Of a DNA stretch of 32,000 bases, positions 10,161 through 19,450 are shown piece by piece (positions within the stretch are counted from its first letter, which is position 1; each line of letters starts with the position of its first letter). This DNA comes from Dickeya solani IPO 2222 (GTDB taxonomy: Bacteria; Pseudomonadota; Gammaproteobacteria; Enterobacterales; Enterobacteriaceae), in the NCBI RefSeq assembly GCF_001644705.1, contig NZ_CP015137.1:2130001-2162000 (forward strand). The letters run 5' to 3'. Made by a program: the position numbers and the translations under genes. The notes below the pieces were generated by a model. That model searched no databases. It was not told the origin of the DNA and worked only from the letters and a program-made list of their open reading frames with translations.

Positions 10161-11017
10161 TAGCGACTCGGGTCGGCATGAATCTTGATATAGAACAGAT
10201 AATATGGGGTAAAAATAACCAAAATTTTTCATGCAGTTATCAAAAAAGACAAAAATAGCCTGAAAAGAAGGGGGGTAAAGCGACACTGGGTTCTCATATA
10301 TAGAAATTAATCGACGTCATGCCAATAACGTTTATCCGGTATTTATAAGTGATAACATTCCTCCCCTTTAAATCTCATGGTATTGCAACAGGAAAGTAAA
10401 TGCTTATCACGGCTTCAGTTGTGCACCCCAAATGGCCGACAACCCGGTTGCCATCTCAGAAAACCTTACCTATGCTTTGTTCATGATAATTAAAGAGTAT
10501 GAGAGAAACGCGGGATGAGCGGCATGCCAGAGATAGACGAGAAAGCGCTGTTATATCCGCGTACTATTTCATAGCAAGATAAGTAATTTTTATGAATAAG
10601 ATTTATTTCCGCATTGATGGTTTTTAATAACATTGCAAGAAATAGTAATTCTTTTCTTGTTTTGATGTCAGTGTGATTCTTGTCACGAAAAAAATCTTAT
10701 TTTTCGTGTGTTTATACACGATTGAGGATGGATGAATGTTTACGGTTGAACACCATTTTATTGATGATGGGTTTAAACATAGCTTGCTACTCTTCTCGCG
10801 GATTGAACATCAGCTAAAAAGAAGCGTCTTAATATTCAACTAAGAAATCTTCGCTATGCTCATCTGCCAATGGTCAGATGAACAACATTATTGATGGTCA
10901 TATTACTGTCATTAATTGCTTTTCTACTTATCCTTCGCAAGGACTAAGGAGCGGTTTTCCCTGACGTATTTATCCCCAGCTCCGATTCCGATGGCGGGAC
11001 GGCGATGTTACCAGAGT

Positions 11018-11226
11018 GTATATACCCAAAATAATTCGAGTTGCAGCCAGGCGGCAATCGAGTGAACCTTCAGGGGCTTACATGAGTAAGTGACTGAGGT
11101 GATTGATAATGCTGCCGGGAGCAGCGTTGAGCGAGGTTTGCTACTGCTCGCAGGGGCGAGGCCCATGAATGGGCCGCCTAATGACGCCAACGCACCTGCA
11201 GCTTGACTATGACGGGTATGAATATT
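11018..11226. repeat. ERIC (enterobacterial repetitive intergenic consensus / IRU) element with an internal insertion of about 80 bp
   Basis: 11062-11083 GTGAACCTTCAGGGGCTTACAT matches the complement of primer ERIC1R at 18/22. 11084-11105 GAGTAAGTGACTGAGGTGATTG matches primer ERIC2 at 18/22. The ends TATACCCAAAATAATTCGAGTTGCAG and CTGCAGCTTGACTATGACGGGTAT are ERIC-like and mutually complementary. The length is 209 bp against roughly 127 bp for canonical copies. Confidence 0.85.
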
Positions 11227-11276
11227 TATCTCGCCACACCAATAATCATCGATTTAACCTGAGAGTGAATTTTTAC

Positions 11277-12419
11277 ATGGCTGATTTTCTACCTTTCTCA
11301 CGCCCCGCGTTAGGTGAAGAAGAACTTGCCGCGGTCGGGCAGGTTCTTCGTTCCGGATGGATTACCACTGGCCCCAAAAATCATGAACTGGAACAGCAGT
11401 TTGCCGTGCTGACTGGCGCGAAACACGCCATTGCGGTCAGCTCCGCGACCGGCGGTATGCACGTCACCCTGATGGCGCTGGGGATTGGTGCCGGTGATGA
11501 GGTGATCACACCGTCGCTCACCTGGGTTTCCACCCTGAACATGATTGTGCTGCTGGGCGCCGAGCCAGTGATGGTGGATGTGGACCGCGATAACCTGATG
11601 GTGACGCCGGAAGCGATTGAAGCGGCCATTACTCCCCGCACCAAAGCCATTATCCCGGTTCACTACGCCGGCGCACCGGCGGATATTGACGCTATTCGTG
11701 ACATCGGCCGCCGTCACGGTATCCCGGTGATTGAGGATGCCGCGCACGCCGCAGGCACCTACTACCGCGGTCGTCACGTCGGCGGCGAGGGCACGGCGAT
11801 TTTCTCCTTCCACGCCATCAAGAACATGACCTGCGCCGAAGGCGGTCTGGTGGTGACGGACGACGACGCGCTGGCCAACCGCATTCGTAGCCTGAAATTC
11901 CACGGTCTGGCCGTAGACGCGTTCGATCGCATGGTGCAGGGGCGCGCGCCGCAGGCGGAAGTGATTTCGCCGGGCTTCAAGTACAACTTGCCGGATATCA
12001 GTGCCGCCATTGCGCTGGTGCAACTGGACAAGCTGGCCGCCAACAATGCGCGCCGCGAAGCGCTGGCGCAGCGTTATCTGCAAAAACTGGCCACCTTGCC
12101 GTTCCAGCCGCTGACGCTGCCGTCATGGCCGCACCAGCACGCCTGGCACCTGTTTATCATCCGGGTGGATGAGGCGCGTTGCGGCATCGACCGCGACGGG
12201 CTGATGCAGGCGTTAAAAGAACGCAACATCGGCACCGGTCTGCACTTCCGCGCCGCTCATACCCAGAAATACTATCGTGAACGTTTCACCAATCTGCACC
12301 TGCCGAATACCGATTGGAACTCAGCCCGTATCTGCTCTCTGCCGCTGTTCCCGGATATGCGCGACGAGGATGTGGACAGGGTCGTGGATGCCTTAACCGA
12401 ACTGGCGGGGAAACGCTGA
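11277..12419 (+). CDS. arnB: UDP-4-amino-4-deoxy-L-arabinose--oxoglutarate aminotransferase
   Basis: ATG at 11277 ([35 protein letters not shown]...), 380 aa, DegT/ArnB family, and first gene of a collinear arnBCADTEF cluster. The track start at 11169 would read through the ERIC element. Confidence 0.93.
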   Translation: MADFLPFSRPALGEEELAAVGQVLRSGWITTGPKNHELEQQFAVLTGAKHAIAVSSATGGMHVTLMALGIGAGDEVITPSLTWVSTLNMIVLLGAEPVMVDVDRDNLMVTPEAIEAAITPRTKAIIPVHYAGAPADIDAIRDIGRRHGIPVIEDAAHAAGTYYRGRHVGGEGTAIFSFHAIKNMTCAEGGLVVTDDDALANRIRSLKFHGLAVDAFDRMVQGRAPQAEVISPGFKYNLPDISAAIALVQLDKLAANNARREALAQRYLQKLATLPFQPLTLPSWPHQHAWHLFIIRVDEARCGIDRDGLMQALKERNIGTGLHFRAAHTQKYYRERFTNLHLPNTDWNSARICSLPLFPDMRDEDVDRVVDALTELAGKR

Positions 12420-13402
12420 TGTCAGACATGGAAGCAATCAATAAAGTCTCGGTGGTGATTCCGGTTTTCAACGAGCAGGAGAGCTTGCCGGAGCTGATTC
12501 GTCGTACCACCGCCGCTTGTGATCAAATGAACCGTGATTATGAAATTTTGCTGGTGGACGACGGCAGTAGCGACAATTCGGCCGCGTTGCTGACCGAGGC
12601 GGCGCAGGCGCCGGGCAGTCATGTGGTCGCGGTGATTCTCAACCGCAACTACGGTCAACATTCGGCGATCATGGCCGGGTTCAGCCATGTATCCGGCGAC
12701 CTGATCATCACGCTGGATGCCGACCTGCAAAACCCGCCGGAAGAAATTCCCCGGCTGGTGGACACGGCGGATCAAGGGTATGACGTGGTGGGCACCATCC
12801 GCGAAAATCGTCAGGACAGCTGGTTTCGTAAAAGCGCTTCACGCATGATCAACCACCTGATTCAGCGCACCACCGGCAAGGCCATGAACGATTACGGCTG
12901 TATGCTGCGCGCTTATCGCCGCCATATCATCGACGCCATGCTGCATTGCCATGAGCGCAGCACCTTTATCCCGATCCTCGCCAATACGTTTGCCCGCCGC
13001 ACCACCGAAATTATGGTGCGTCATTCCGAGCGCGAATTTGGCGATTCCAAATACAGCTTCATGAAGCTGATCAACCTGATGTACGACCTGGTGACCTGCC
13101 TGACCACCACGCCGCTACGTTTGCTGAGCGTGGTGGGCAGCGTGATTGCGCTCTCCGGTTTCTCGCTGGCGTTACTGCTGATCCTGCTGCGTCTGTTTTT
13201 CGGTGCGGCCTGGGCGGCGGACGGTGTGTTTACGCTGTTCGCCGTGCTGTTCTCTTTTATCGGCGCTCAGTTCGTCGGTATGGGGCTACTGGGGGAATAT
13301 ATCGGACGAATCTACAACGATGTCCGCGCCCGTCCCCGTTATTTTATTCAACGTATTGTTGGCAATGATCCACGATCTTCTGAACAGGACAATGAAGAAT
13401 GA
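12419..13402 (+). CDS. arnC: Undecaprenyl-phosphate 4-deoxy-4-formamido-L-arabinose transferase (GT2)
   Basis: ATG at 12419 overlaps the arnB stop (TGATG). [27 protein letters not shown]...DDGSSD...[12 protein letters not shown], with two C-terminal TM segments. 327 aa. Confidence 0.93.
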   Translation: MSDMEAINKVSVVIPVFNEQESLPELIRRTTAACDQMNRDYEILLVDDGSSDNSAALLTEAAQAPGSHVVAVILNRNYGQHSAIMAGFSHVSGDLIITLDADLQNPPEEIPRLVDTADQGYDVVGTIRENRQDSWFRKSASRMINHLIQRTTGKAMNDYGCMLRAYRRHIIDAMLHCHERSTFIPILANTFARRTTEIMVRHSEREFGDSKYSFMKLINLMYDLVTCLTTTPLRLLSVVGSVIALSGFSLALLLILLRLFFGAAWAADGVFTLFAVLFSFIGAQFVGMGLLGEYIGRIYNDVRARPRYFIQRIVGNDPRSSEQDNEE

Positions 13403-15390
13403 AAGCTGTTGTTTTTGCCTATCATGATTTCGGTTGCGTGGGACTCCGCGCGTTGGTGGCAGCGGGCTATACCGTGGAAGCGGTATTTACCCACGCGGAT
13501 AACCCGGCGGAAAATCAGTTCTTTGGATCGGTAGCCCGCACCGCGGCGGAACTGGGCATCCCGGTATTTGCGCCGGAAGACGTTAACCACCCGCTGTGGG
13601 TGGAACGCATTGCCGCCATGTCGCCGGACGTGATTTTCTCCTTCTACTACCGTCACTTGCTGAGCGACGCCATTCTGCAGAGTGCGACGCACGGCGCTTA
13701 CAACCTGCACGGTTCGCTGCTGCCGCGCTATCGCGGCCGGGCGCCGCTGAACTGGGCGCTGGTCAACGGCGAAACCGAAACCGGCGTGACCCTGCACCGT
13801 ATGGTGGCGCGCGCCGATGCCGGCAACATCGTGGCGCAGCAGCGTGTGGCGATCGACGAGAGCGACACCGCGCTGAGCCTGCACCGCAAGCTGCGTGATG
13901 TTGCCGACCAGTTGCTGAAAGACACCCTGCCCGCCCTCGCGGCCGGTAAAGCGAATGATATTCCGCAGGATGAGAGCCAGGCCACTTACGTGGGTCGTCG
14001 TACCCCGGAAGACGGGCGTATTGAATGGCAGAAGCCGGCGCGTACCCTGTATAACCTGGTGCGTGCGGTGACCGAACCGTGGCCGGGCGCGTTCAGCTTC
14101 GTCGGCACGACGAAATTCATTATCTGGCAGGCGAAAGTGCGTACTGATTTCGCCGCCGCCAGACCGGGCACCGTGCTGAGCACCTCGCCGCTGGTGGTTG
14201 CCTGCGGCAGCGACGCGCTGGAGATTGTCACCGGTCAGGGCGACACCGGTATTTATCTGCAGGGTGCGCAACTGGCCCAAAGCCTGGGCCTGGTGACGGG
14301 CGCCATCCTCAATAACTCGCCGGTAGTGAGCGTCAAACGCCGCACCCGCGTGCTGATCCTCGGGGTGAACGGTTTTATCGGCAACCACCTGACCGAGCGT
14401 CTGCTGCAGGAAGACAACTACGAGGTGTTCGGTCTGGATATCAGTTCCGATGCTATCGAACGTTTCCTCGGTAACCCGCGTTTCCACTTCGTGGAAGGGG
14501 ACATCAGCATTCACTCCGAGTGGATCGAGTACCACATCAAGAAATGCGACGTGGTACTGCCGCTGGTGGCGATCGCGACTCCGATCGAATACACCCGTAA
14601 CCCGCTGCGCGTATTCGAGCTGGATTTCGAAGAAAACCTGAAAACCATCCGCGACTGCGTGAAGTACAAAAAACGCATCATTTTCCCGTCCACCTCCGAG
14701 GTGTACGGCATGTGTACCGATCCGGTGTTCGACGAAGACAACTCCAACCTGATCGTCGGGCCGATCAACAAACAACGCTGGATTTACTCGGTGTCCAAAC
14801 AACTGCTGGACCGCGTGATTTGGGCTTACGGCGAAAAAGAAGGGCTGCGTTTCACCCTGTTCCGTCCGTTCAACTGGATGGGGCCGCGTCTCGACAACCT
14901 GAACGCCGCGCGTATCGGCAGTTCCCGCGCCATCACCCAGTTGATCCTGAACCTGGTGGAAGGGTCGCCGATCAAGCTGGTTGACGGCGGTCGTCAGAAA
15001 CGCTGTTTTACCGATATCAAAGACGGTATCGAAGCGTTGTTCCGCATCATCGAGAATAAAGACGGCGTGTGCGACGGCCAGATCATCAACATTGGCAACC
15101 CGGACAACGAAGCCAGCATTCGCCAACTGGCGGAACAACTGCTGGAGAGCTTTGAGAAGCATCCGCTGCGTAATCAGTTCCCGCCGTTCGCCGGTTTCCG
15201 CGAAGTGGAAAGCAGCAGCTACTACGGTAAAGGCTATCAGGATGTGGAGCACCGCAAGCCCAGCATCCGTAACGCCAAACGCCTGTTGCAGTGGCAGCCG
15301 ACCATCGAGATGGAGAAAACCGTGGCGGAAACGCTGGACTTTTTCCTCCAGACCGTTGAAACCGGCCGATTCAGTCAGGACAACGAATGA
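13399..15390 (+). CDS. arnA: Bifunctional UDP-glucuronic acid decarboxylase / UDP-L-Ara4N formyltransferase
   Basis: 663 aa. The N-terminus [24 protein letters not shown]...[32 protein letters not shown] is collinear with E. coli ArnA. The C-terminal SDR domain begins [18 protein letters not shown] overlap with arnC. Confidence 0.96.
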   Translation: MKAVVFAYHDFGCVGLRALVAAGYTVEAVFTHADNPAENQFFGSVARTAAELGIPVFAPEDVNHPLWVERIAAMSPDVIFSFYYRHLLSDAILQSATHGAYNLHGSLLPRYRGRAPLNWALVNGETETGVTLHRMVARADAGNIVAQQRVAIDESDTALSLHRKLRDVADQLLKDTLPALAAGKANDIPQDESQATYVGRRTPEDGRIEWQKPARTLYNLVRAVTEPWPGAFSFVGTTKFIIWQAKVRTDFAAARPGTVLSTSPLVVACGSDALEIVTGQGDTGIYLQGAQLAQSLGLVTGAILNNSPVVSVKRRTRVLILGVNGFIGNHLTERLLQEDNYEVFGLDISSDAIERFLGNPRFHFVEGDISIHSEWIEYHIKKCDVVLPLVAIATPIEYTRNPLRVFELDFEENLKTIRDCVKYKKRIIFPSTSEVYGMCTDPVFDEDNSNLIVGPINKQRWIYSVSKQLLDRVIWAYGEKEGLRFTLFRPFNWMGPRLDNLNAARIGSSRAITQLILNLVEGSPIKLVDGGRQKRCFTDIKDGIEALFRIIENKDGVCDGQIINIGNPDNEASIRQLAEQLLESFEKHPLRNQFPPFAGFREVESSSYYGKGYQDVEHRKPSIRNAKRLLQWQPTIEMEKTVAETLDFFLQTVETGRFSQDNE

Positions 15391-16286
15391 GAAAAGTAGG
15401 GTTACGGATCGACGTTGATACCTGGCGCGGCACGCGGGTGGGGGTGCCCCGCCTGCTGGAGTTGCTGGACGTCTATGGCGTCCGGGCCAGCTTTTTCTTC
15501 AGCGTCGGACCCGACAACATGGGGCGCCATCTCTGGCGCCTGATTCGACCGGTGTTCTTGTGGAAGATGCTGCGCTCGCGCGCGGCATCGCTGTATGGCT
15601 GGGACATCCTGCTGGCGGGCACCGCCTGGCCGGGCAGGGTGATCGGCCGCGGTTTGCCGGAGCCGATTCGGGCCGCGGCAGCGCAGCATGAAGTGGGCTT
15701 ACATGCCTGGGATCACTTCGCCTGGCAAACCTGGGCCGGGGTGTGGGATCAGGCCAAAATGGAACAGCAAATCCGGCTGGCCTATGAGGCGCTGCAGTCG
15801 ATCACCGGCGAGCCGGTGGTGTGCTCGGCGGTAGCGGGCTGGCGCGCGGATCAAACCGCGGTGGAAGCCAAACAGCAGTTTGGCTTTCGCTACAACAGCG
15901 ATTGCCGCGGTACCGCGCCGTTCCGCCCACTGCTTAACGACGGCAGCACCGGTACGGTACAGATCCCGGTCACGCTGCCCACCTGGGATGAAGCGGTCGG
16001 CCGGGAAACCGATGCCGCCGACTTCAACCGCTATATTTTGGATAAAATCCATCAGGATCAGGGTACGCCGGTCTATACCATCCATGCCGAAGTGGAAGGC
16101 ATTGTGATGAACGGACAGTTCGGCGAACTGCTGGCGCTGGCGGAGCAGGAAGGCATTCGCTTTTGTCCGCTTAGTGAATTGCTGCCGGACGATCCGGATA
16201 CGTTGCCGGTCGGGCGCGTGGTGCGGGGTTCCCTCGCCGGACGCGATGGCTGGTTGGGATGTCAACAGACCGTGGAGGCGGCCTGA
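15387..16286 (+). CDS. arnD: 4-deoxy-4-formamido-L-arabinose-phosphoundecaprenol deformylase
   Basis: 299 aa, polysaccharide-deacetylase-like ([27 protein letters not shown]...). ATGA overlap with arnA. Conserved operon position. Confidence 0.92.
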   Translation: MRKVGLRIDVDTWRGTRVGVPRLLELLDVYGVRASFFFSVGPDNMGRHLWRLIRPVFLWKMLRSRAASLYGWDILLAGTAWPGRVIGRGLPEPIRAAAAQHEVGLHAWDHFAWQTWAGVWDQAKMEQQIRLAYEALQSITGEPVVCSAVAGWRADQTAVEAKQQFGFRYNSDCRGTAPFRPLLNDGSTGTVQIPVTLPTWDEAVGRETDAADFNRYILDKIHQDQGTPVYTIHAEVEGIVMNGQFGELLALAEQEGIRFCPLSELLPDDPDTLPVGRVVRGSLAGRDGWLGCQQTVEAA

Positions 16287-17944
16287 TGAAATACGCACGT
16301 CAGACAACGTTGTGGCTGGTGTTGTTACTGCTCTACTACTTCATTCCCCTCAATGGCCGCCTGTTATGGCAACCGGACGAAACCCGCTACGCGGAAATCA
16401 GCCGGGAAATGCTGGCGGGCGGCAACTGGATTGCCCCACATTTTCTGGGGATTCGCTATTTTGAAAAACCGATCGCCGGTTACTGGGTGAATAGCATCGG
16501 CCAGTGGCTGCTGGGCGATAATAACGCCGGCGTGCGCGCCGGCGTGGTGTTCTCCATTTTGCTGACCGCGGCGCTGATTTACTGGCTGACGCAACGGTTG
16601 TGGCAACAACGGCGTACCTCGCTGCTGGCGGCGGCTATCTATCTGAGTTGCCTGCTGGTGTACGGTATCGGCACCTATGCGGTGCTCGATCCTATCGTTA
16701 CCCTGTGGCTGGCGGCGGCGATGTGCAGCTTCTGGGGGGCGGCGCAGGCCACCACCCGCGGCAGTAAAGTCGGCGGCTATTTGCTGCTGGGCGTAGTGTG
16801 CGGTATGGGCTTCATGACCAAGGGCTTTCTGGCGCTGGCGGTGCCGGTGATTGCGGTGCTGCCGTGGGTCGCGCTGGAGCGGCGCTGGAAAGAGGTGCTG
16901 CTGTACGGCCCGCTGGCGATTGTCAGCGCGGTGGCGGTGTCGCTGCCGTGGGCGTTGGCGGTGGCGCGACAGGAGCCGGATTTCTGGCACTATTTCTTCT
17001 GGGTTGAGCATATTCAGCGATTCGCCGACTCCGCGAATGCCCAGCACAAAGCACCGTTCTGGTACTACCTGCCGGTGTTGATCGCCGGGGTGCTGCCGTG
17101 GCTGGCGTTGCTGCCGTCGTCGCTGTTGCAGGGTTGGCGTGAGCGGCGTCAGGAGAGCGGCGCCTTCTACCTGCTCGGTTGGGTGGTGATGCCGTTCCTG
17201 TTTTTCAGCATCGCCAAAGGCAAGTTGCCGACGTACATTCTGCCCTGTTTCGCGCCGTTGGCGATCCTGATGGCCAGACGCGCCACCACCTTGCTGAGCC
17301 CGCGCCTGCTGACCGTCAACGGCTGGATTAACCTGGCGTTTGGTCTGCTGTGCGCGCTGATTGTGGTGCTGGTGCTGGCGCCGTGGGGGCTGTCGCATCG
17401 CCCGCTTTATCAGCCGCAGGAAACCGTCAAGGTGGCGCTGGGCGTCGTGGCGTTCCTGTTCTGGGGGCTGGTCGGATGGTGGACGTTGCGTCATGCGGCG
17501 GCTCGCTGGCACTGGGCCGCGCTCTGCCCGCTGGGCATCGCCCTGTTGATTGGCATGGCGATCCCGCAGCGGGTGATGGAGAGCAAGCACCCGCAGTGGT
17601 TCCTGCGCGCGCCCGAGGTCGAATCCCACCTGTCGCAGAGTCGTTATATTCTGGCAAACAGTGTTGGCGTCGCCTCTGCCGTTGCCTGGGAACAAAAACG
17701 CGGCGATGTTCTGATGTACGATAATCAGGGTGAACTGGAATACGGCTTGTCGTACCCAGATAGCGCCAGTCGCATGGTGCCGGCCGATGCGTTTGCCGAT
17801 TGGCTGGCGGCGCATCGCCGTGAAGGCAGTGTATCGCTGGTGCTGATCTTCTCTTCGGCGACTGATCCGATCACCGGCGTACCACTGGCGGATTACACTG
17901 ACCGGAAAGGGCGAGTCGCCTTATTGTGGTATCGTCAGCAATGA
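16286..17944 (+). CDS. arnT: Undecaprenyl phosphate-alpha-L-Ara4N:lipid A arabinosyltransferase
   Basis: ATG at 16286 overlaps the arnD stop (TGATG). [42 protein letters not shown]... is the PMT/ArnT family N-terminus. 552 aa, polytopic. Confidence 0.93.
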   Translation: MKYARQTTLWLVLLLLYYFIPLNGRLLWQPDETRYAEISREMLAGGNWIAPHFLGIRYFEKPIAGYWVNSIGQWLLGDNNAGVRAGVVFSILLTAALIYWLTQRLWQQRRTSLLAAAIYLSCLLVYGIGTYAVLDPIVTLWLAAAMCSFWGAAQATTRGSKVGGYLLLGVVCGMGFMTKGFLALAVPVIAVLPWVALERRWKEVLLYGPLAIVSAVAVSLPWALAVARQEPDFWHYFFWVEHIQRFADSANAQHKAPFWYYLPVLIAGVLPWLALLPSSLLQGWRERRQESGAFYLLGWVVMPFLFFSIAKGKLPTYILPCFAPLAILMARRATTLLSPRLLTVNGWINLAFGLLCALIVVLVLAPWGLSHRPLYQPQETVKVALGVVAFLFWGLVGWWTLRHAAARWHWAALCPLGIALLIGMAIPQRVMESKHPQWFLRAPEVESHLSQSRYILANSVGVASAVAWEQKRGDVLMYDNQGELEYGLSYPDSASRMVPADAFADWLAAHRREGSVSLVLIFSSATDPITGVPLADYTDRKGRVALLWYRQQ

Positions 17945-18282
17945 CCAATTACCTGCTGATTTTGCTGGTCAGCCTGTTGACCTGCGCCGGTCAGCTTAGC
18001 CAGAAACAGGCTGCCAGCTGGCAGAGCGGCGGCCGTTCACATCGCGCCCATATTGTGTTGTGGATGGGGATAAGCCTGTTGTTGCTGGGGCTGGCGATGG
18101 TGTTGTGGCTGGCGGTGTTGCAGCGGGTAGCGGTAAGCGTGGCGTATCCGATGTTGAGCCTGAATTTTATTCTGGTGGCGCTGGCGGCGCGCTGGCTGTG
18201 GCGGGAGGCCATCAGTCTGCGTCAGTCGGTGGGTATTGTGCTGATTGTTGTCGGCGTAATCTTGATGGGAGGGATCGCGTGA
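17941..18282 (+). CDS. arnE: Undecaprenyl-phosphate-L-Ara4N flippase subunit ArnE (SMR-like)
   Basis: ATG at 17941 overlaps the arnT stop (ATGA). 113 aa, four hydrophobic segments, conserved operon position. Confidence 0.88.
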   Translation: MTNYLLILLVSLLTCAGQLSQKQAASWQSGGRSHRAHIVLWMGISLLLLGLAMVLWLAVLQRVAVSVAYPMLSLNFILVALAARWLWREAISLRQSVGIVLIVVGVILMGGIA

Positions 18283-18677
18283 AAGGCTATGGATGGGCGT
18301 TGCTGAGCGTGTTGCTGGTCAGCGCAGCACAACTGTCGATGAAATGGGGAATGTCTCAACTGCCCTCGCTGACGGAACCGCTGCCGTTTATGTTCGCCAT
18401 GCTGGTGTTACCGGTCGCCGCTGCCGCGGTACTGGTGGGGCTGGCGGCGTATGCTTTCTCAATGTTGAGCTGGTTTAACGCCCTGCGTTTTTTGCCGTTA
18501 AGCCGGGCTTACCCATTACTTAGCCTGAGTTACGTGCTGGTGTGGGGGTTGGCGGTGGCGCTGCCGATCTTTCCCGACACGTTCAGTACCGGCAAGCTGC
18601 TGGCGATCGCGCTGATTATTGCCGGCGTATGGCTGGTGTGCAGCCGACAGGCTTCGCAGCTGGATGACGAGCCCTGA
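18279..18677 (+). CDS. arnF: Undecaprenyl-phosphate-L-Ara4N flippase subunit ArnF (SMR-like)
   Basis: GTG at 18279 overlaps the arnE stop (GTGA). VKGYGWALLSVLLVSAAQLSMKWGM..., 132 aa, hydrophobic. There is no in-frame ATG until 18 codons later. Confidence 0.82.
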   Translation: MKGYGWALLSVLLVSAAQLSMKWGMSQLPSLTEPLPFMFAMLVLPVAAAAVLVGLAAYAFSMLSWFNALRFLPLSRAYPLLSLSYVLVWGLAVALPIFPDTFSTGKLLAIALIIAGVWLVCSRQASQLDDEP

Positions 18678-18858
18678 TATTCATATCACCCTTCTTGCGG
18701 CGCGCAGATTACCTTTCAGATTACGCTGACGCGGTTGGCCGCGGAATCTGCGCTGCCATCCGCAGCATATTCACCATGAATTGATAATATTGCACTTCAT
18801 GCATTATAACCTGGCGATTAAGCTTGCAGCCTGACGAATCCATCACAGAGATCTTTTT

Positions 18859-19338
18859 ATGACCTTACATATCCGTTGGGCGGCGCCGCAAGATTCCGCC
18901 ACTATCCTGAATTTTATTCGTGAACTGGCTGAGTACGAGAAAGCGCTGCACGAGGTGAAGACCAATCAGCAGGAGATCGAGCAAACGCTGTTTGGCGAAG
19001 GTGCTTCCACCGAGGCGCTGATTTGTGAATGGAACGGCGAGCCGATCGGATTTGCGGTGTTCTTCACCAGTTACTCCACCTGGCTGGGGCGCGACGGCAT
19101 TTATCTGGAAGATCTGTACGTGTCACCGCATTGTCGCGGTCAGGGCGCCGGCAAGGCGCTGCTGAAATACATCGCTCGTCTGGCGGTTGAACGCGGTTGC
19201 GGGCGGCTGGAGTGGAGCGTGCTGGACTGGAATCAGCCCGCTATCGATTTCTACGACAGTCTGGGCGCCGCACCGCAAAACGAATGGATACGTTACCGGC
19301 TGGAAGGCGACAGCCTGCGGCAGGCGGCGCAGGAATAG
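18859..19338 (+). CDS. GNAT family N-acetyltransferase (diamine/SSAT-like)
   Basis: 159 aa. The acetyl-CoA motif is VSPHCRGQGAGKALL. The overall pattern resembles spermidine/spermine-type acetyltransferases. The substrate cannot be determined from the sequence. Confidence 0.8.
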   Translation: MTLHIRWAAPQDSATILNFIRELAEYEKALHEVKTNQQEIEQTLFGEGASTEALICEWNGEPIGFAVFFTSYSTWLGRDGIYLEDLYVSPHCRGQGAGKALLKYIARLAVERGCGRLEWSVLDWNQPAIDFYDSLGAAPQNEWIRYRLEGDSLRQAAQE

Positions 19339-19359
19339 ACCGGGTTATCCGCGGCGGTA

Positions 19360-19389
19360 AAAAACAGGCTGCGGAAGACCCGCAGCCTG
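19360..19389 (-). terminator. Intrinsic terminator for the minus-strand NAD(P)H-binding gene (may also stop the GNAT transcript)
   Basis: Minus-strand CAGGCTGCGG-GTCTT-CCGCAGCCTG, a 10-bp perfect stem, followed by TTTTT (plus-strand A-run 19360-19364). Confidence 0.8.
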
Positions 19390-19450
19390 CCGAGGGAAAA
19401 GGGATTCAGCCTGGACACAGGATGCCAATCCCCGTCACATCGGGTGTGAC

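Noticed and set aside
10155-10843. Small ATG ORFs in the AT-rich region: 25 aa (10155..10232, minus), 22 aa (10229..10297, minus), 28 aa (10400..10486, plus; the only one with an AGGA at suitable spacing), 47 aa (10490..10633, minus) and 35 aa (10736..10843, plus).
   Set aside because: Not reported as genes. Most lack a Shine-Dalgarno sequence, none resembles a protein family I recognise, and AT-rich DNA produces such ORFs by chance. They remain candidates only if ribosome profiling or conservation supports them.
11008-11190. A 60-aa minus-strand ORF.
   Set aside because: It lies almost entirely within the ERIC repeat and has no RBS.
13348-15252. A 634-aa ORF antisense to arnA. Similar long antisense ORFs occur at 16364..17815 (antisense to arnT), 1320..2195 (antisense to the binding protein), 11310..12083 (antisense to arnB) and 22416..22946 (antisense to the MBL gene).
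   Set aside because: These are typical stop-codon-poor shadow frames in GC-rich coding DNA. The translations are low-complexity and R/G/H/Q/V-rich, have no recognisable motifs or RBS, and the sense strand encodes clearly homologous proteins.
18783-18797. TGATAATATTGCA upstream of the GNAT gene, which resembles a Fur box.
   Set aside because: Only the GATAAT half matches the 19-bp Fur consensus, and there is no second hexamer repeat.
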